From positions 76,201 through 140,200 of the forward strand of contig CAYTGM010000003.1 of NCBI GenBank assembly GCA_964437365.1: DNA of 64,000 nucleotides. The letters are read 5' to 3'. The notes beneath the pieces were generated by a model. It had not been told where the DNA came from. It did no database searches and saw only the letters and a list, made by a program, of their open reading frames with translations. The stretch is from an uncultured Candidatus Sumerlaeota bacterium. Its GTDB lineage: Bacteria > Sumerlaeota > Sumerlaeia > SLMS01. This document shows, piece after piece, positions 53,472 through 63,191 of the stretch. Every line of letters starts with the position of its first letter. Position 1 is the stretch's first letter. The translations under genes and the position numbers were made by a program.

Positions 53472-54991
53472 TTGAGGTCTCCTTCTGCAGTGACGGCATA
53501 GGTCTGATAGGCACCCTTGAGAACAGCAGAACGGTAGCTATCGACATCGAGCAATTGTTCAGCGGCCTTTGATGAGATCTCAGTTATTTGAGGACTCAAC
53601 AAGACATAGAGAACCGCACAGGTAACAAGACCTGCTGCTACATATATTGTTGGACTCTTTCCGTTCTTGTTATGACTGGCGCTCTCTTCCGGCTCCCCCC
53701 AGAATATATAGAGGAATATTTTCACCATACTTGCCAAAGTAAATAATCCAGTCACCACTGCCGCTGCAGTAACCCAGATATGACCGGTCACAAGGCCTTC
53801 AAGAGTGAGAATCCACTTGCTGTAAAACCCGCTGCTTGGTGGAAGCCCCGCCAATGATATCGCTGCAGTTAGAAAGAGGATTGCGAGAAACGGAGATCTT
53901 CCAATCACTCCACTTACTTCTTTGAGGCGATCCGTCCCGTAAGTCAGCACCACAACCCCAGCAATTAGAAACAGAGCGGTCTTGACGATGATGTTGTGAG
54001 ATATTGAGAGAATACCTCCCGTCAATCCCAGAGGTGTAAGAAGAGCGACTCCGAAAATCATGTAACCAATCTGGCTCACAATGTGAATACTCAGGATATC
54101 TCGCATCGACCATTGTCCAAGGGCAGCGAAAACGCCAACGAGCATTGTCAGGGCAGCGATAGCAAGAAGAAGAGGCTGAAACCACTCGGCTCCTGATTCC
54201 ATGAAGACGAGAGGGTAGATCCGATAAATCGTATACACACCAACCTTGGTTAGAAGGCCGGTTAAAAAAGGGAGTATTCCCAGAGGTATGCCTGGATAAG
54301 AGGTTGGGAGCCAGGTGAAGAGAGGAAAGATTGCCGCTTTCAAGCCAAAAGCAATCAAGAGTAAAGACCCATAGAGTGGTCCTCTCGAGACGTCTTCTGA
54401 AGCAAGGCGAACTGACAACTCGGCCAGGTTTAGCGTGCCATAGTGACCATAGATCAAGCCACAGGACAAAAGAAAGAGTGTGCCAGCAACACCATTGACA
54501 ATGACAAACTTGTACGCTTCCTGCACCGAACTCACACGAGAAGGGTCGACCAGAAGTGTATAGCTGCAGATCAGAATCAGTTCGAAACTAACAAACAGGT
54601 TGAAGAGATCCCCGGTCAGAAATGCCCAGTTCACCCCTCCACAGATAAACAGTAGAAGCGGATAGAAATAGCGCCTCGTGGCCTCTGGTATCGTTGCTCC
54701 CAGCCGATGAAACCACCAGGTAACCAGGGTGATTAAAGAGCTCAAGAAGATCATCAGCGCAGCAAAGATATCCAGATATAAGACGATACCGAGACCGTTT
54801 TGCCAATCTCCGAGATCCACTGTCATTCTTTGGAAAACGAGTATTTGCTTCATTAGAAGAAGTGAAACAACGAAAAGCACATGGAGCACGATTCCACTTA
54901 TCAATCTCTGTATTTCGTAATTCCGGTAGAGAAGCAGAAGAATCGCAGCTGAGAAAATTGGAATCAGGATCGGAGCGAGAATAACATTCAT
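53468..54991 (-). CDS. mrpD: Na+/H+ antiporter subunit D (MrpD/MnhD; NuoN/NuoM-like proton-pumping subunit).
   Basis: 507 aa polytopic protein of the complex I antiporter-like family. Confidence 0.85.
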   Translation of the reverse strand: MNVILAPILIPIFSAAILLLLYRNYEIQRLISGIVLHVLFVVSLLLMKQILVFQRMTVDLGDWQNGLGIVLYLDIFAALMIFLSSLITLVTWWFHRLGATIPEATRRYFYPLLLFICGGVNWAFLTGDLFNLFVSFELILICSYTLLVDPSRVSSVQEAYKFVIVNGVAGTLFLLSCGLIYGHYGTLNLAELSVRLASEDVSRGPLYGSLLLIAFGLKAAIFPLFTWLPTSYPGIPLGILPFLTGLLTKVGVYTIYRIYPLVFMESGAEWFQPLLLAIAALTMLVGVFAALGQWSMRDILSIHIVSQIGYMIFGVALLTPLGLTGGILSISHNIIVKTALFLIAGVVVLTYGTDRLKEVSGVIGRSPFLAILFLTAAISLAGLPPSSGFYSKWILTLEGLVTGHIWVTAAAVVTGLFTLASMVKIFLYIFWGEPEESASHNKNGKSPTIYVAAGLVTCAVLYVLLSPQITEISSKAAEQLLDVDSYRSAVLKGAYQTYAVTAEGDLN

Positions 54992-55356
54992 GATTCATCA
55001 ACTCCCTGGTCAGCCTTTTCGTTTTTGGCAATGAGAACAATTAAGAAGCTGATCAACGCGAAACTTATCACAATTGCAGTAAGAATAAGCGCCTGTGGTA
55101 TGGGATCAACATACTGTTCGGGATTGACGGTCGAGATATAAGCATAACCATCATCTGTCGCAACTTTTTCATATTCTCCGTCAAGGATTGGCGGATTCTT
55201 GTCCGACAACCATCCTGAAGCAGACAGGATTGCGAGGTTAACCGCGTTGGAAAGCATGGCAAATCCCAGCAGGACCTCAAACCGACTCTTCTTAAGAAGC
55301 ATATAGACAGAAGCGCTGAACAGAATTCCGACCAGCAGAGAAGAAAGGAAATTCAT
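54988..55356 (-). CDS. mrpC: Na+/H+ antiporter subunit C (MrpC/MnhC; NuoK-like).
   Basis: 122 aa, three TM helices, NuoK-like. Confidence 0.8.
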   Translation of the reverse strand: MNFLSSLLVGILFSASVYMLLKKSRFEVLLGFAMLSNAVNLAILSASGWLSDKNPPILDGEYEKVATDDGYAYISTVNPEQYVDPIPQALILTAIVISFALISFLIVLIAKNEKADQGVDES

Positions 55357-58214
55357 AGAACTTTCCCTTTCTCACCTTTGACAGAGGCGAAAGCAAAGTG
55401 CTGCATCAGCGCAAGTGTGACAGCGAAAACCACGATAAAGACTCCTGAGTCGAAAGCGATTGCAGAAGATAGTTTGAGCTCGCCCAGAAGAGGCAGGTGA
55501 TGTGTTCCAAACGCACTCTTCAAGAAAGGCTCGCCAGCGAGAACAGGCCAGAGGCCTGTAATAACAATGATCACAAGCCCTGCTCCCAGAAGAGACGGAA
55601 TAGCTGGAACCTTCAGACTCTTAGCCCTGAGCATGTGAGGAATAAATATCACGGCCGCAAGGAGCCCTGCAATAAAGCCTCCTCCGGGCATTTGATGCCC
55701 CACAAGAAAAAGGACAAAGGCGTATATAGCACAAATGATCGAGATCATTCTCCCTGAAACCTCTATGGCGAAAAGCTTCTGGTTCTTACCCGCGGAAACC
55801 TTCTTTTCCATTGCTGTTTTCTTACTGTAGATACTCCCTGAAATAAGAACAAATACCCCAAGGGCAGCAATCACCAGCACTGCAACTTCGCCGAACGTAT
55901 CGAATGCTCTGAAATCTACCAGGGTCACATTCACAACATTATTGCCTCCCCCGCTGTGCTCCTCAGCAACTTCAGGGTAATAAGCGTTGGAGAGGTAATA
56001 GTTCGCTGGTGATAATCTGTCACTCCAGAGTGTCGCTGGATCGCTGCTGGCTGCAGTATATGTCACAGCGGCCACGACAAGTCCTGAAAGAACTGACAGA
56101 GCAAATCTAAAGGCTTTCCTCCCTGACTCTTCAACTTCCTTGTGTCGGAACCGGTCGATCCTTTTAACGAGACCTAGAAACATCAGAAGAACTACAAGCT
56201 CAACCAGGAGCTGTGTCATCGCCAGATCAGGGGCACGGTATATCACAAAAACTCCTGCAACGGACAGCCCCACGAGTCCGAGAGAGAGTATTCGTGCATA
56301 GGCAGCGCTAAACAATACCATCCCCAATGCCCCCACAGCGATGAGAATCAGAAGACTCGTGTGAGCAACCAGGCTAGGTCCTTCAAAAAAGAAATCTATA
56401 CCTGTGAAACTGAGAGGTTGAAGATTGGCAACTGCAACTCCAACCAGACAAATCATCACGATGGAAAGTGTATATTGATGTGTACCTGGCTTGGCAGCTC
56501 TTCCGAGAATAGAAGCAACGCGCGCAAGCCAGTCATCGAAAGCCAGATCAGATAATTTCATCACTGGGGCAGGTGAACCGAGCCACTGATACATACCCTG
56601 TATCTGTCTCTGAAAAATGAGAATCAAGGGACCGAATACGAAATACATCGCCATACTGATCCAGAACAGAAAGTCTGCTTTCTTAAACCAGCCGACATTG
56701 AAGTATGTCTTACTGGCAAAATATTCGGTGTTGGTCACCGCGCTCAGCGGTTTCTCAAGAACTGGAACATAAATTCCGCCAATAATGCAGAGAGATATCA
56801 ATAAAGCGGGAGCAAAGAGAAACCCCGCACTTCCCTCATGGGCTGATTCGTAAATCTTCTCATCTCGGGGCTTACCGAAAAAGGGTTTCACCGCGAGCAC
56901 GAAACAGTAACCTACGGTCAGAACACTTGCAACTAATGCAGCAGCAATATAGACATCTTCAATCGCGAGGGAATAGGACTGTAATTTCAGCCCTGCTTCC
57001 AGAAAAAGCTTTTTGGCGATAAATCCAAGAGAAAACGGAAGCCCCCCCATACTGATGCACCCGGCAACAGTCAAGACAGTTGTCCACGGCATCTTCTTTC
57101 TTAAGCCTCCAAGTTGCGTCCAGTCACGGGTATGGGTGCCGTGGTCAATAATCCCGCATATCATGAAGAGCCCCGCTTTGAAAAGCGCATGCGATGCGAC
57201 CAGAAGGAGGTCCAGCTTCAGCAGTTCTTCTCCGCCTATACGCTGGTAACCAAAACCATAGTAGCTTGTCAGTAGCCCAAGCTGGCTGACCGTTGAATAT
57301 GCCAGAAGCTTCTTTATATCTGTGCTTGTAATTGCCAGATATCCACCAACCAGCATGGACAGAGTACCGGCCCCACCTAGAATGAACAACCATAGAAACT
57401 GGTCACTGAAGACAGGATAGAGACGTCCGAGAAGATAAATACCCGCCTTCACCATCGTTGCTGCATGCAGAAGAGCCGAGACAGGCGTTGGCGCCTTCAT
57501 CGCCCCAGGCAACCAGAAGTGAAATGGGAACTGGGCCGACTTGGTTAGCGCCCCGATAAGGATGAAAATGAGGGTTGGGGTTACCAGAGGATGAACATTT
57601 ATCTGGTTTCGGTGTTCCCAGAAGGTATCTATATGCAAATTGAAACTTCCAGTAATCTGCTGCATCATTATACCAAGCATTGCAAGGCCCGCCATTAGAG
57701 ACAAGCCCCCCATGCCTGTAATGAGGAGAGCCCTCCGAGCACCTTTCCTCGCCTCCGGATCTTCGTGCCAGTGACCTATCAGGAGAAATGAGGTAAGTGA
57801 GGTAACCTCCCAGAAGACAAACATGAGAAGGAAATCACGACTGATGACCATCCCCTGCATTGCAGCAAGGAAGAGAAGTATAGACGTGTAGAACCTCCAG
57901 GGTGCATCATCGGGTTTCATGTAATGACCGGCATACTGAACAACCAGAAACCCAATAGCAGAAACCAGCCATGAATAAAAAAGAGCAGGGCCGTCCAACC
58001 AGAAATCCAACTTCAGTCCAACCTCAGGAATCCAGTTTAGACTTTCTTGAGGAATCTGATCAGGGTTCCACCCTGTCGTCAGCAGAATGAGGTATAACAG
58101 ATTTGCTCCAGTAACTCCGAGAGCAAGTTTTTGTGCGCTCCCAAACCCAACCTGCCGACAAAGAAGGAGAAGGAAAGCACCGAAGAAGGGGATCAGCCAC
58201 AGGAAACTTATCAT
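55353..58214 (-). CDS. mrpA: Fused Na+/H+ antiporter subunits A and B (MrpA with a C-terminal MrpB domain).
   Basis: 953 aa. An N-terminal NuoL-like antiporter core (~770 aa) is followed by an MnhB-like C-terminal ~150 aa. It is the first gene of the mrpA(B)CDEFG operon. Confidence 0.85.
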   Translation of the reverse strand: MISFLWLIPFFGAFLLLLCRQVGFGSAQKLALGVTGANLLYLILLTTGWNPDQIPQESLNWIPEVGLKLDFWLDGPALFYSWLVSAIGFLVVQYAGHYMKPDDAPWRFYTSILLFLAAMQGMVISRDFLLMFVFWEVTSLTSFLLIGHWHEDPEARKGARRALLITGMGGLSLMAGLAMLGIMMQQITGSFNLHIDTFWEHRNQINVHPLVTPTLIFILIGALTKSAQFPFHFWLPGAMKAPTPVSALLHAATMVKAGIYLLGRLYPVFSDQFLWLFILGGAGTLSMLVGGYLAITSTDIKKLLAYSTVSQLGLLTSYYGFGYQRIGGEELLKLDLLLVASHALFKAGLFMICGIIDHGTHTRDWTQLGGLRKKMPWTTVLTVAGCISMGGLPFSLGFIAKKLFLEAGLKLQSYSLAIEDVYIAAALVASVLTVGYCFVLAVKPFFGKPRDEKIYESAHEGSAGFLFAPALLISLCIIGGIYVPVLEKPLSAVTNTEYFASKTYFNVGWFKKADFLFWISMAMYFVFGPLILIFQRQIQGMYQWLGSPAPVMKLSDLAFDDWLARVASILGRAAKPGTHQYTLSIVMICLVGVAVANLQPLSFTGIDFFFEGPSLVAHTSLLILIAVGALGMVLFSAAYARILSLGLVGLSVAGVFVIYRAPDLAMTQLLVELVVLLMFLGLVKRIDRFRHKEVEESGRKAFRFALSVLSGLVVAAVTYTAASSDPATLWSDRLSPANYYLSNAYYPEVAEEHSGGGNNVVNVTLVDFRAFDTFGEVAVLVIAALGVFVLISGSIYSKKTAMEKKVSAGKNQKLFAIEVSGRMISIICAIYAFVLFLVGHQMPGGGFIAGLLAAVIFIPHMLRAKSLKVPAIPSLLGAGLVIIVITGLWPVLAGEPFLKSAFGTHHLPLLGELKLSSAIAFDSGVFIVVFAVTLALMQHFAFASVKGEKGKVL

Positions 58215-58665
58215 AGAATAGATAGTTAGGAGAGAGTTATTATCCTTATGTTATGTAGAATACCGGTTTAAGCGCCACATTTTACAGCCTTATGCCGGGA
58301 TGAAAGAAGAGTGCCAATTGGAGAATAATCCGCGCGAGTACGGTCCATAAACCTCATTCGCGGTCTAAGCTGGAATTGATTCAAGCGGCAACCTGCAAAA
58401 CTCCGGGCAAAGAGGAATCCCAATGTGTCCGGGCTGGAACTCCCGAAGCAGGGATCGCACAGATCCGCAAAGAGGTCGGGAAATTCTGCTCGAAGTTAAG
58501 CAGGAAAGACTGACCGCATTCGCCATTCCAAGCGTGGATAGATTGCCGACCATAGAGTCGAAGGAGTCAAACTCGATATAATCGGGGCAGAACGACGGGA
58601 AACAATGCAACGAGCAAAGAGGATGCAGCTCGACCCTGAATGGGTGAAGCATGCTCTTCCCGCCC

Positions 58666-58715
58666 TGAGCTCGGACCATGCTCGCTCGATGCTCGGACCA
58701 TGCTCGGACCATCGC
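58666..58715. repeat. Short tandem repeat (gctcggaccat units, ~3.5 copies) inside a 0.9-kb non-coding gap.
   Basis: gagctcggaccatgctcgctcgatgctcggaccatgctcggaccatcgc. Confidence 0.6.
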
Positions 58716-59134
58716 TATGGTCTGTGACTCGTCTAAGTCTCCTGCGAGCCTCATCCGAACCCATGATGATATGCCGGTTGATTCAAAACGGCTCAGGTAG
58801 GTCGTCACTAAGAATCGTGGATCTGGAAGGATGAAAAAGCCCTCAAAAGTGGTGCTGGCTCAGGACTTTCAGGCCATCAATGTTAATGCTCGCTGTCGGG
58901 CTCCATGGATCGGGACGCGGGAATTTCACTCTACATCAAACTTTAAAGCACCCCATATTCTGATCTCTACTTTCCTCATTCGAACAAAAGTGCAAGCCGT
59001 TCAACATCATGGAGCTTCATCACCATGCACCGATGTTGGTTAAAAACCGGGTCCAGTGGAGCACGTTCTTCTTGTGCCGCCGGAAGAAACTCCTCTAGCC
59101 TTATATTCCCATTTGGGAATAGGAGTGATCGATA

Positions 59135-60655
59135 ATGTCTGATAAAAACAAAACAAAACCAGTAAAGATTACAGAACTCATCCTTAGAGACGCCCACCAG
59201 TCTCTGCTCGCGACTCGCATGAGAATCGACGACATGCTTCCGATATGTGAGCAACTCGACAAAGTTGGTTACTACTCGCTGGAAGTCTGGGGAGGAGCCA
59301 CCTTCGATTCCTGTTTGAGATTTCTGAACGAGGACCCCTGGGAGAGATTACGTCTGTTGAAGCAGGCACTTCCCAAAACTCCTATTCAAATGCTTCTTCG
59401 GGGTCAGAACATCCTCGGCTACAGGCACTATGGAGACGATGTAGTAAGACGGTTTGTCGACAAGAGTATCGAATACGGGATGGATATCTTCAGAACTTTC
59501 GACGCTCTCAACGATCTGCGTAACCTCGAAACTGCCGTCAGCCAGGTGAGAGAAGGTGGAGCCCATGCGCAGGGAACGATCTGTTATACGGTTTCACCGG
59601 TACATACTCTGGACATGTTCGTAGAGCAGGGCAGGCAACTGGAATCCATGGGGTGTCACTCGCTGGTGGTTAAAGACATGGCCGCTTTGATGACTCCTGT
59701 CCCTGCCTACAACCTGGTGAAGGCGTTGAAAGAAGCTGTGTCTATACCTGTACACGTTCACACCCATGCAACGACAGGTGTTGCTCCCATGGTTCTGTTG
59801 CGGTCTATAGACGCAGGAGCTGATGGAGTTGACACATCTATCAGTGCATTGTCAGGCGGGCCGGGTCATGTACCAACGGAAGCACTGGTAGAATCGATTG
59901 CAGGAACACCTCATGATACGGGATTGAAGCAGGAAGACTTTATTCCGATTGCAAAGTATATCCGTGAAATCCGACCAAAATATGCTGACTTTGAGTCTAA
60001 TTTCCAGGGATCTGATCCCAGAATTTTCATCAGCCAGATTCCCGGAGGCATGCTGTCCAACCTTGAGTCTCAACTCAAGCAAATGGGGTGTTCTGAGAGA
60101 ATTGATGAAGTACTCGATGAAGTTCCTAAGGTCAGGAAAGACATGGGATATATCCCCCTTGTTACGCCGACAAGTCAGATTGTTGGAACTCAGGCCGTCT
60201 TCAACGTACTCATGGGAGAACGATACAAGACTGTGCCTGAACAAAGCAAAGATGTCTTTAAGGGAATGTACGGAAAGACTCCCGTCCCTGTTGACAAAGA
60301 GATTCAGAAGAAAGTCCTTGGTGACCAGAAACCAATTACTTCGAGACCAGCTGACCATCTTCCAAATGAATGGGATAAACTGAAGAGCGAAGTAGAAGGA
60401 AAAGCCAGAAACGACGATGATGTCCTTTCTTATGCGATCTTTCCAAAGGTCTGGCAGGAATTCTATGAGAAATCGATTCAAGAAGGTGGCCCCACATCAG
60501 AGGAGCCCCAAGCCAGGCAGGCTCCATCTGCCACCCCGGCGAAACCCGCTCAAGCAGCGCAGCAGCCCGTTGCCTCTACCGGACGAATGATGAAGGTATC
60601 AGTAGCAATCGATGGAAAACCTTACGATGCGCAGGTTGAGATTCTCGAAGACTGA
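59135..60655 (+). CDS. Pyruvate/oxaloacetate carboxyltransferase subunit (OadA / PycB / transcarboxylase 5S family). It lacks a recognisable C-terminal biotinyl domain.
   Basis: HMGL-like TIM-barrel N-terminus (ITELILRDAHQSLLATRM...VHVHTHATTG) and a conserved carboxylase domain. The protein ends at ...VEILED with no AMKM biotinylation motif. Confidence 0.85.
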   Translation: MSDKNKTKPVKITELILRDAHQSLLATRMRIDDMLPICEQLDKVGYYSLEVWGGATFDSCLRFLNEDPWERLRLLKQALPKTPIQMLLRGQNILGYRHYGDDVVRRFVDKSIEYGMDIFRTFDALNDLRNLETAVSQVREGGAHAQGTICYTVSPVHTLDMFVEQGRQLESMGCHSLVVKDMAALMTPVPAYNLVKALKEAVSIPVHVHTHATTGVAPMVLLRSIDAGADGVDTSISALSGGPGHVPTEALVESIAGTPHDTGLKQEDFIPIAKYIREIRPKYADFESNFQGSDPRIFISQIPGGMLSNLESQLKQMGCSERIDEVLDEVPKVRKDMGYIPLVTPTSQIVGTQAVFNVLMGERYKTVPEQSKDVFKGMYGKTPVPVDKEIQKKVLGDQKPITSRPADHLPNEWDKLKSEVEGKARNDDDVLSYAIFPKVWQEFYEKSIQEGGPTSEEPQARQAPSATPAKPAQAAQQPVASTGRMMKVSVAIDGKPYDAQVEILED

Positions 60656-60723
60656 TTTCAAAAGTCGAAAAAGTAGGACGAGGACAGAGGCCAGGCTGTA
60701 TAGATGGTTCTCTGTCCTCCTGA

Positions 60724-61617
60724 TTACATCGCTTGATGCTTCTTGAAAAAATCAAGCCCGGGCTTGAAGACAACTTTATTATCACGTACCAGTAATTCGT
60801 CGTTCAAATAAAGCTGAACGGCCTTGGACAGGACAACAGATTCAAGGGCCTGTCCTTTTCTTTTCACATCATCCAGTGTATCTTCACCAACTTCTATACG
60901 AAAGACATCCTGCAGAATAATGGGTCCTTCGTCGAGTTCCTCTGTGACGAAATGAGCGGTACACCCGGCCACTCTCCTGCCGAATTCGTAGGCCTGACGG
61001 TAGGCGTTTGCACCGGGGTGAAAGGGAAGAAGCGAAGGATGGATATTAATAATCTTATTTTTCCAGGTTGTAACGAATTCCGGAGGTAAGATCTGCATAT
61101 ACCGCGCCAGTACAATCAGATCGGGTTTGTCCCGATCGAGTTCTTCGAGGATTTCCTGGTCGCGCTTCTCACGATCGGGGTTAGAAAAGAACTTAAAGGG
61201 GATTCCTGCTTTCTCAGCGATGGGACGCAAGACCTCGTGGTTGCTGTAGACTGCCGAGATCCTTCCATCAATTCCTTCCTCAGTGAGTTCTTCGACGAGC
61301 TTCTCCAGACAATGACTTTCTTTCGAGACCATGATCACCATGGACTTCTCTTTGCGGTTGCTCAGAAGCTTCAGCTTGATCTCAACGTGCAGTTCCTCAC
61401 CCAGCTTGATGAGCTCGCGAACAAGGTCGTCCAGAGACATCGTCAGGTCAGAGAGATCAACGAGCATATTCATGAGGAATATCCCCTGAATCACCCGCTG
61501 CTCGATATCCTCGATATTCACATCGTGTTGAGCTAGATGTGTTGAAACTCTGGCGACGATCCCCTTCTGATCAGATCCGACTACAGAAACAATGGCGAAG
61601 ATTTTATTGTTTGTCAT
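60724..61617 (-). CDS. purU: Formyltetrahydrofolate deformylase.
   Basis: N-terminal ACT domain (IVSVVGSDQKGIVARVSTHLAQHDVNI) and a formyl-transferase domain (IVLARYMQILPPEF...NIHPSLLP). Confidence 0.9.
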   Translation of the reverse strand: MTNNKIFAIVSVVGSDQKGIVARVSTHLAQHDVNIEDIEQRVIQGIFLMNMLVDLSDLTMSLDDLVRELIKLGEELHVEIKLKLLSNRKEKSMVIMVSKESHCLEKLVEELTEEGIDGRISAVYSNHEVLRPIAEKAGIPFKFFSNPDREKRDQEILEELDRDKPDLIVLARYMQILPPEFVTTWKNKIINIHPSLLPFHPGANAYRQAYEFGRRVAGCTAHFVTEELDEGPIILQDVFRIEVGEDTLDDVKRKGQALESVVLSKAVQLYLNDELLVRDNKVVFKPGLDFFKKHQAM

Positions 61618-61756
61618 GCTTTAGCTCTACAAGTTTAACTGTTTGTACCCTCATTTTGGGGCAAGGAAGCCCAGACTGAACGTAACTCTCAAGCGGGCAA
61701 GACGATTCTCACTTCGCTTGTACAAGGCTTAGGGTACCTCTGGCAGGATTCAAGAG

Positions 61757-63034
61757 ATGAAACGAAGACAGGAGCAGTTCAATCAAAGTCGGATCCCTGA
61801 ACTGGATTTCATCCGGGGTATCGCATTGATGGGGATCATATTTGTCAACATCAGTGGATTTGCGCTGCCGGGGGATGCCTTTATGAATCCCCATACCTGG
61901 CCGATTTCCAATGGGTCCGATTTTCTAGCTTTTCAGACTGTCTATCTCTTTGTACAGAACAAGTTTTATGGAATCTTTTCCCTTTTGTTCGGTATCGGCA
62001 TAGCCATTCAGTATGATAGATATACGAAGGGCACCGGTAGACGCCCCCGCGCTATCATTCTCAAAAGGCATCTGCTCTTATTTGTCATTGGGTTTCTTCA
62101 TATCTTCATATGGTACGGAGACATTATCCACTGGTATGCGATCGCTGGTACGACAACTCTCTTCTTCCTGGGAAAACCTCCATTCCTGCGATTAATCATG
62201 GCAGGTCTTTCTCTGCTGATTGCCTGGACGCTTCTAACCCTGACATTGCTGGCAATCCTTTCCTTCCCTTTAGAATCCTATGAGGATCAACTCACCGCGG
62301 CAGAAAAGACACTTGTTATTTCAAGCCTTGAAGGTTCTACAGAAACTTACGAAGGCGATAAAGTTCAGGAGCTCTTAAATCATTCACAATGGGGAGGTAT
62401 CACCCTTCAGTTCAAGGCGATGAAACACGGCCCTGCCCTGAACTATATCAGGGTACAGATAGACAGGTATAAGGAAATTATCTGGGGCTTCTTTTCGAAC
62501 CTGTTGTGGATCGTTCTGTTCTACATGCTGATCGGAAGTTATTTATGCTCGGAAAAGCATCTCATTAGAGTTCTTGATACTCCAATTGGAACTTGGGACT
62601 TTCTGGTGGGAGCAGCGGGACTGACAATCACGATGGTGGGAGCCTATTATCTGAAAACTGAAGCCATTCAAGATCGCTTTCTCTCCTTTACCCTCGGGCA
62701 ACTGGGAAGTTTTTTCCTCGTCTACTTTTATGTCCGGAGCCTGGCCCGGCTCTACCAGAAGAAAGTCCTGTTACCTCTCACGGAATCAATCGGGTGTCTG
62801 GGCAGGCTCAGCCTGACGAACTACCTTCTTCAAAGTCTCATGCTGGGGTTTCTTTTCCATTTCTGGGGGCTTGGGCGTTTTGGTGAATTCGGCTACTTGA
62901 AACTGTATCTGATCGGTTCGTCAGTGATTTGCCTTCAGATAGTTCTGAGCAACATGTATTTAAGTCGATGGCGTAGCGGACCTTTTGAGTGGTTGGTCCG
63001 TTTTCTTAGTGGTCGCATGAGATCGCCTTCTTAA
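61757..63034 (+). CDS. DUF418-family (YeiB-like) polytopic membrane protein.
   Basis: N-terminal ELDFIRGIALMGIIFVN motif characteristic of DUF418/DUF1624 acyltransferase-3-like membrane proteins. Multiple TM helices. Confidence 0.7.
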   Translation: MKRRQEQFNQSRIPELDFIRGIALMGIIFVNISGFALPGDAFMNPHTWPISNGSDFLAFQTVYLFVQNKFYGIFSLLFGIGIAIQYDRYTKGTGRRPRAIILKRHLLLFVIGFLHIFIWYGDIIHWYAIAGTTTLFFLGKPPFLRLIMAGLSLLIAWTLLTLTLLAILSFPLESYEDQLTAAEKTLVISSLEGSTETYEGDKVQELLNHSQWGGITLQFKAMKHGPALNYIRVQIDRYKEIIWGFFSNLLWIVLFYMLIGSYLCSEKHLIRVLDTPIGTWDFLVGAAGLTITMVGAYYLKTEAIQDRFLSFTLGQLGSFFLVYFYVRSLARLYQKKVLLPLTESIGCLGRLSLTNYLLQSLMLGFLFHFWGLGRFGEFGYLKLYLIGSSVICLQIVLSNMYLSRWRSGPFEWLVRFLSGRMRSPS

Positions 63035-63191
63035 TGTTTCACCGTGCAATTTGTTCTTGACGGGCGAAGGAATCCCTTGCCTAAGTCCTCTCTAATTAAT
63101 AAGCTACTTGTTAAGAGAAGTAGCCTGGTAAATAGAATTTTCCGTTGGATTTTGAGATCCACGATTATAAGAAATATAGGATAATAATTAG

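Noticed and set aside
58420-58470. RNase P RNA-like fragments (gtccgggctgg ... acagatccgc).
   Set aside because: The two motifs are only ~25 nt apart and the intervening and surrounding sequence lacks the P4 pseudoknot partners. RNase P needs ~300 nt between these elements.
58365-58808. 147-aa minus-strand ORF and several 60-70-aa ORFs in the 58.2-59.1 kb gap.
   Set aside because: Cys/Ser/Arg-rich composition unlike the other proteins in the window. The ORF spans the microsatellite and there is no RBS or start context.
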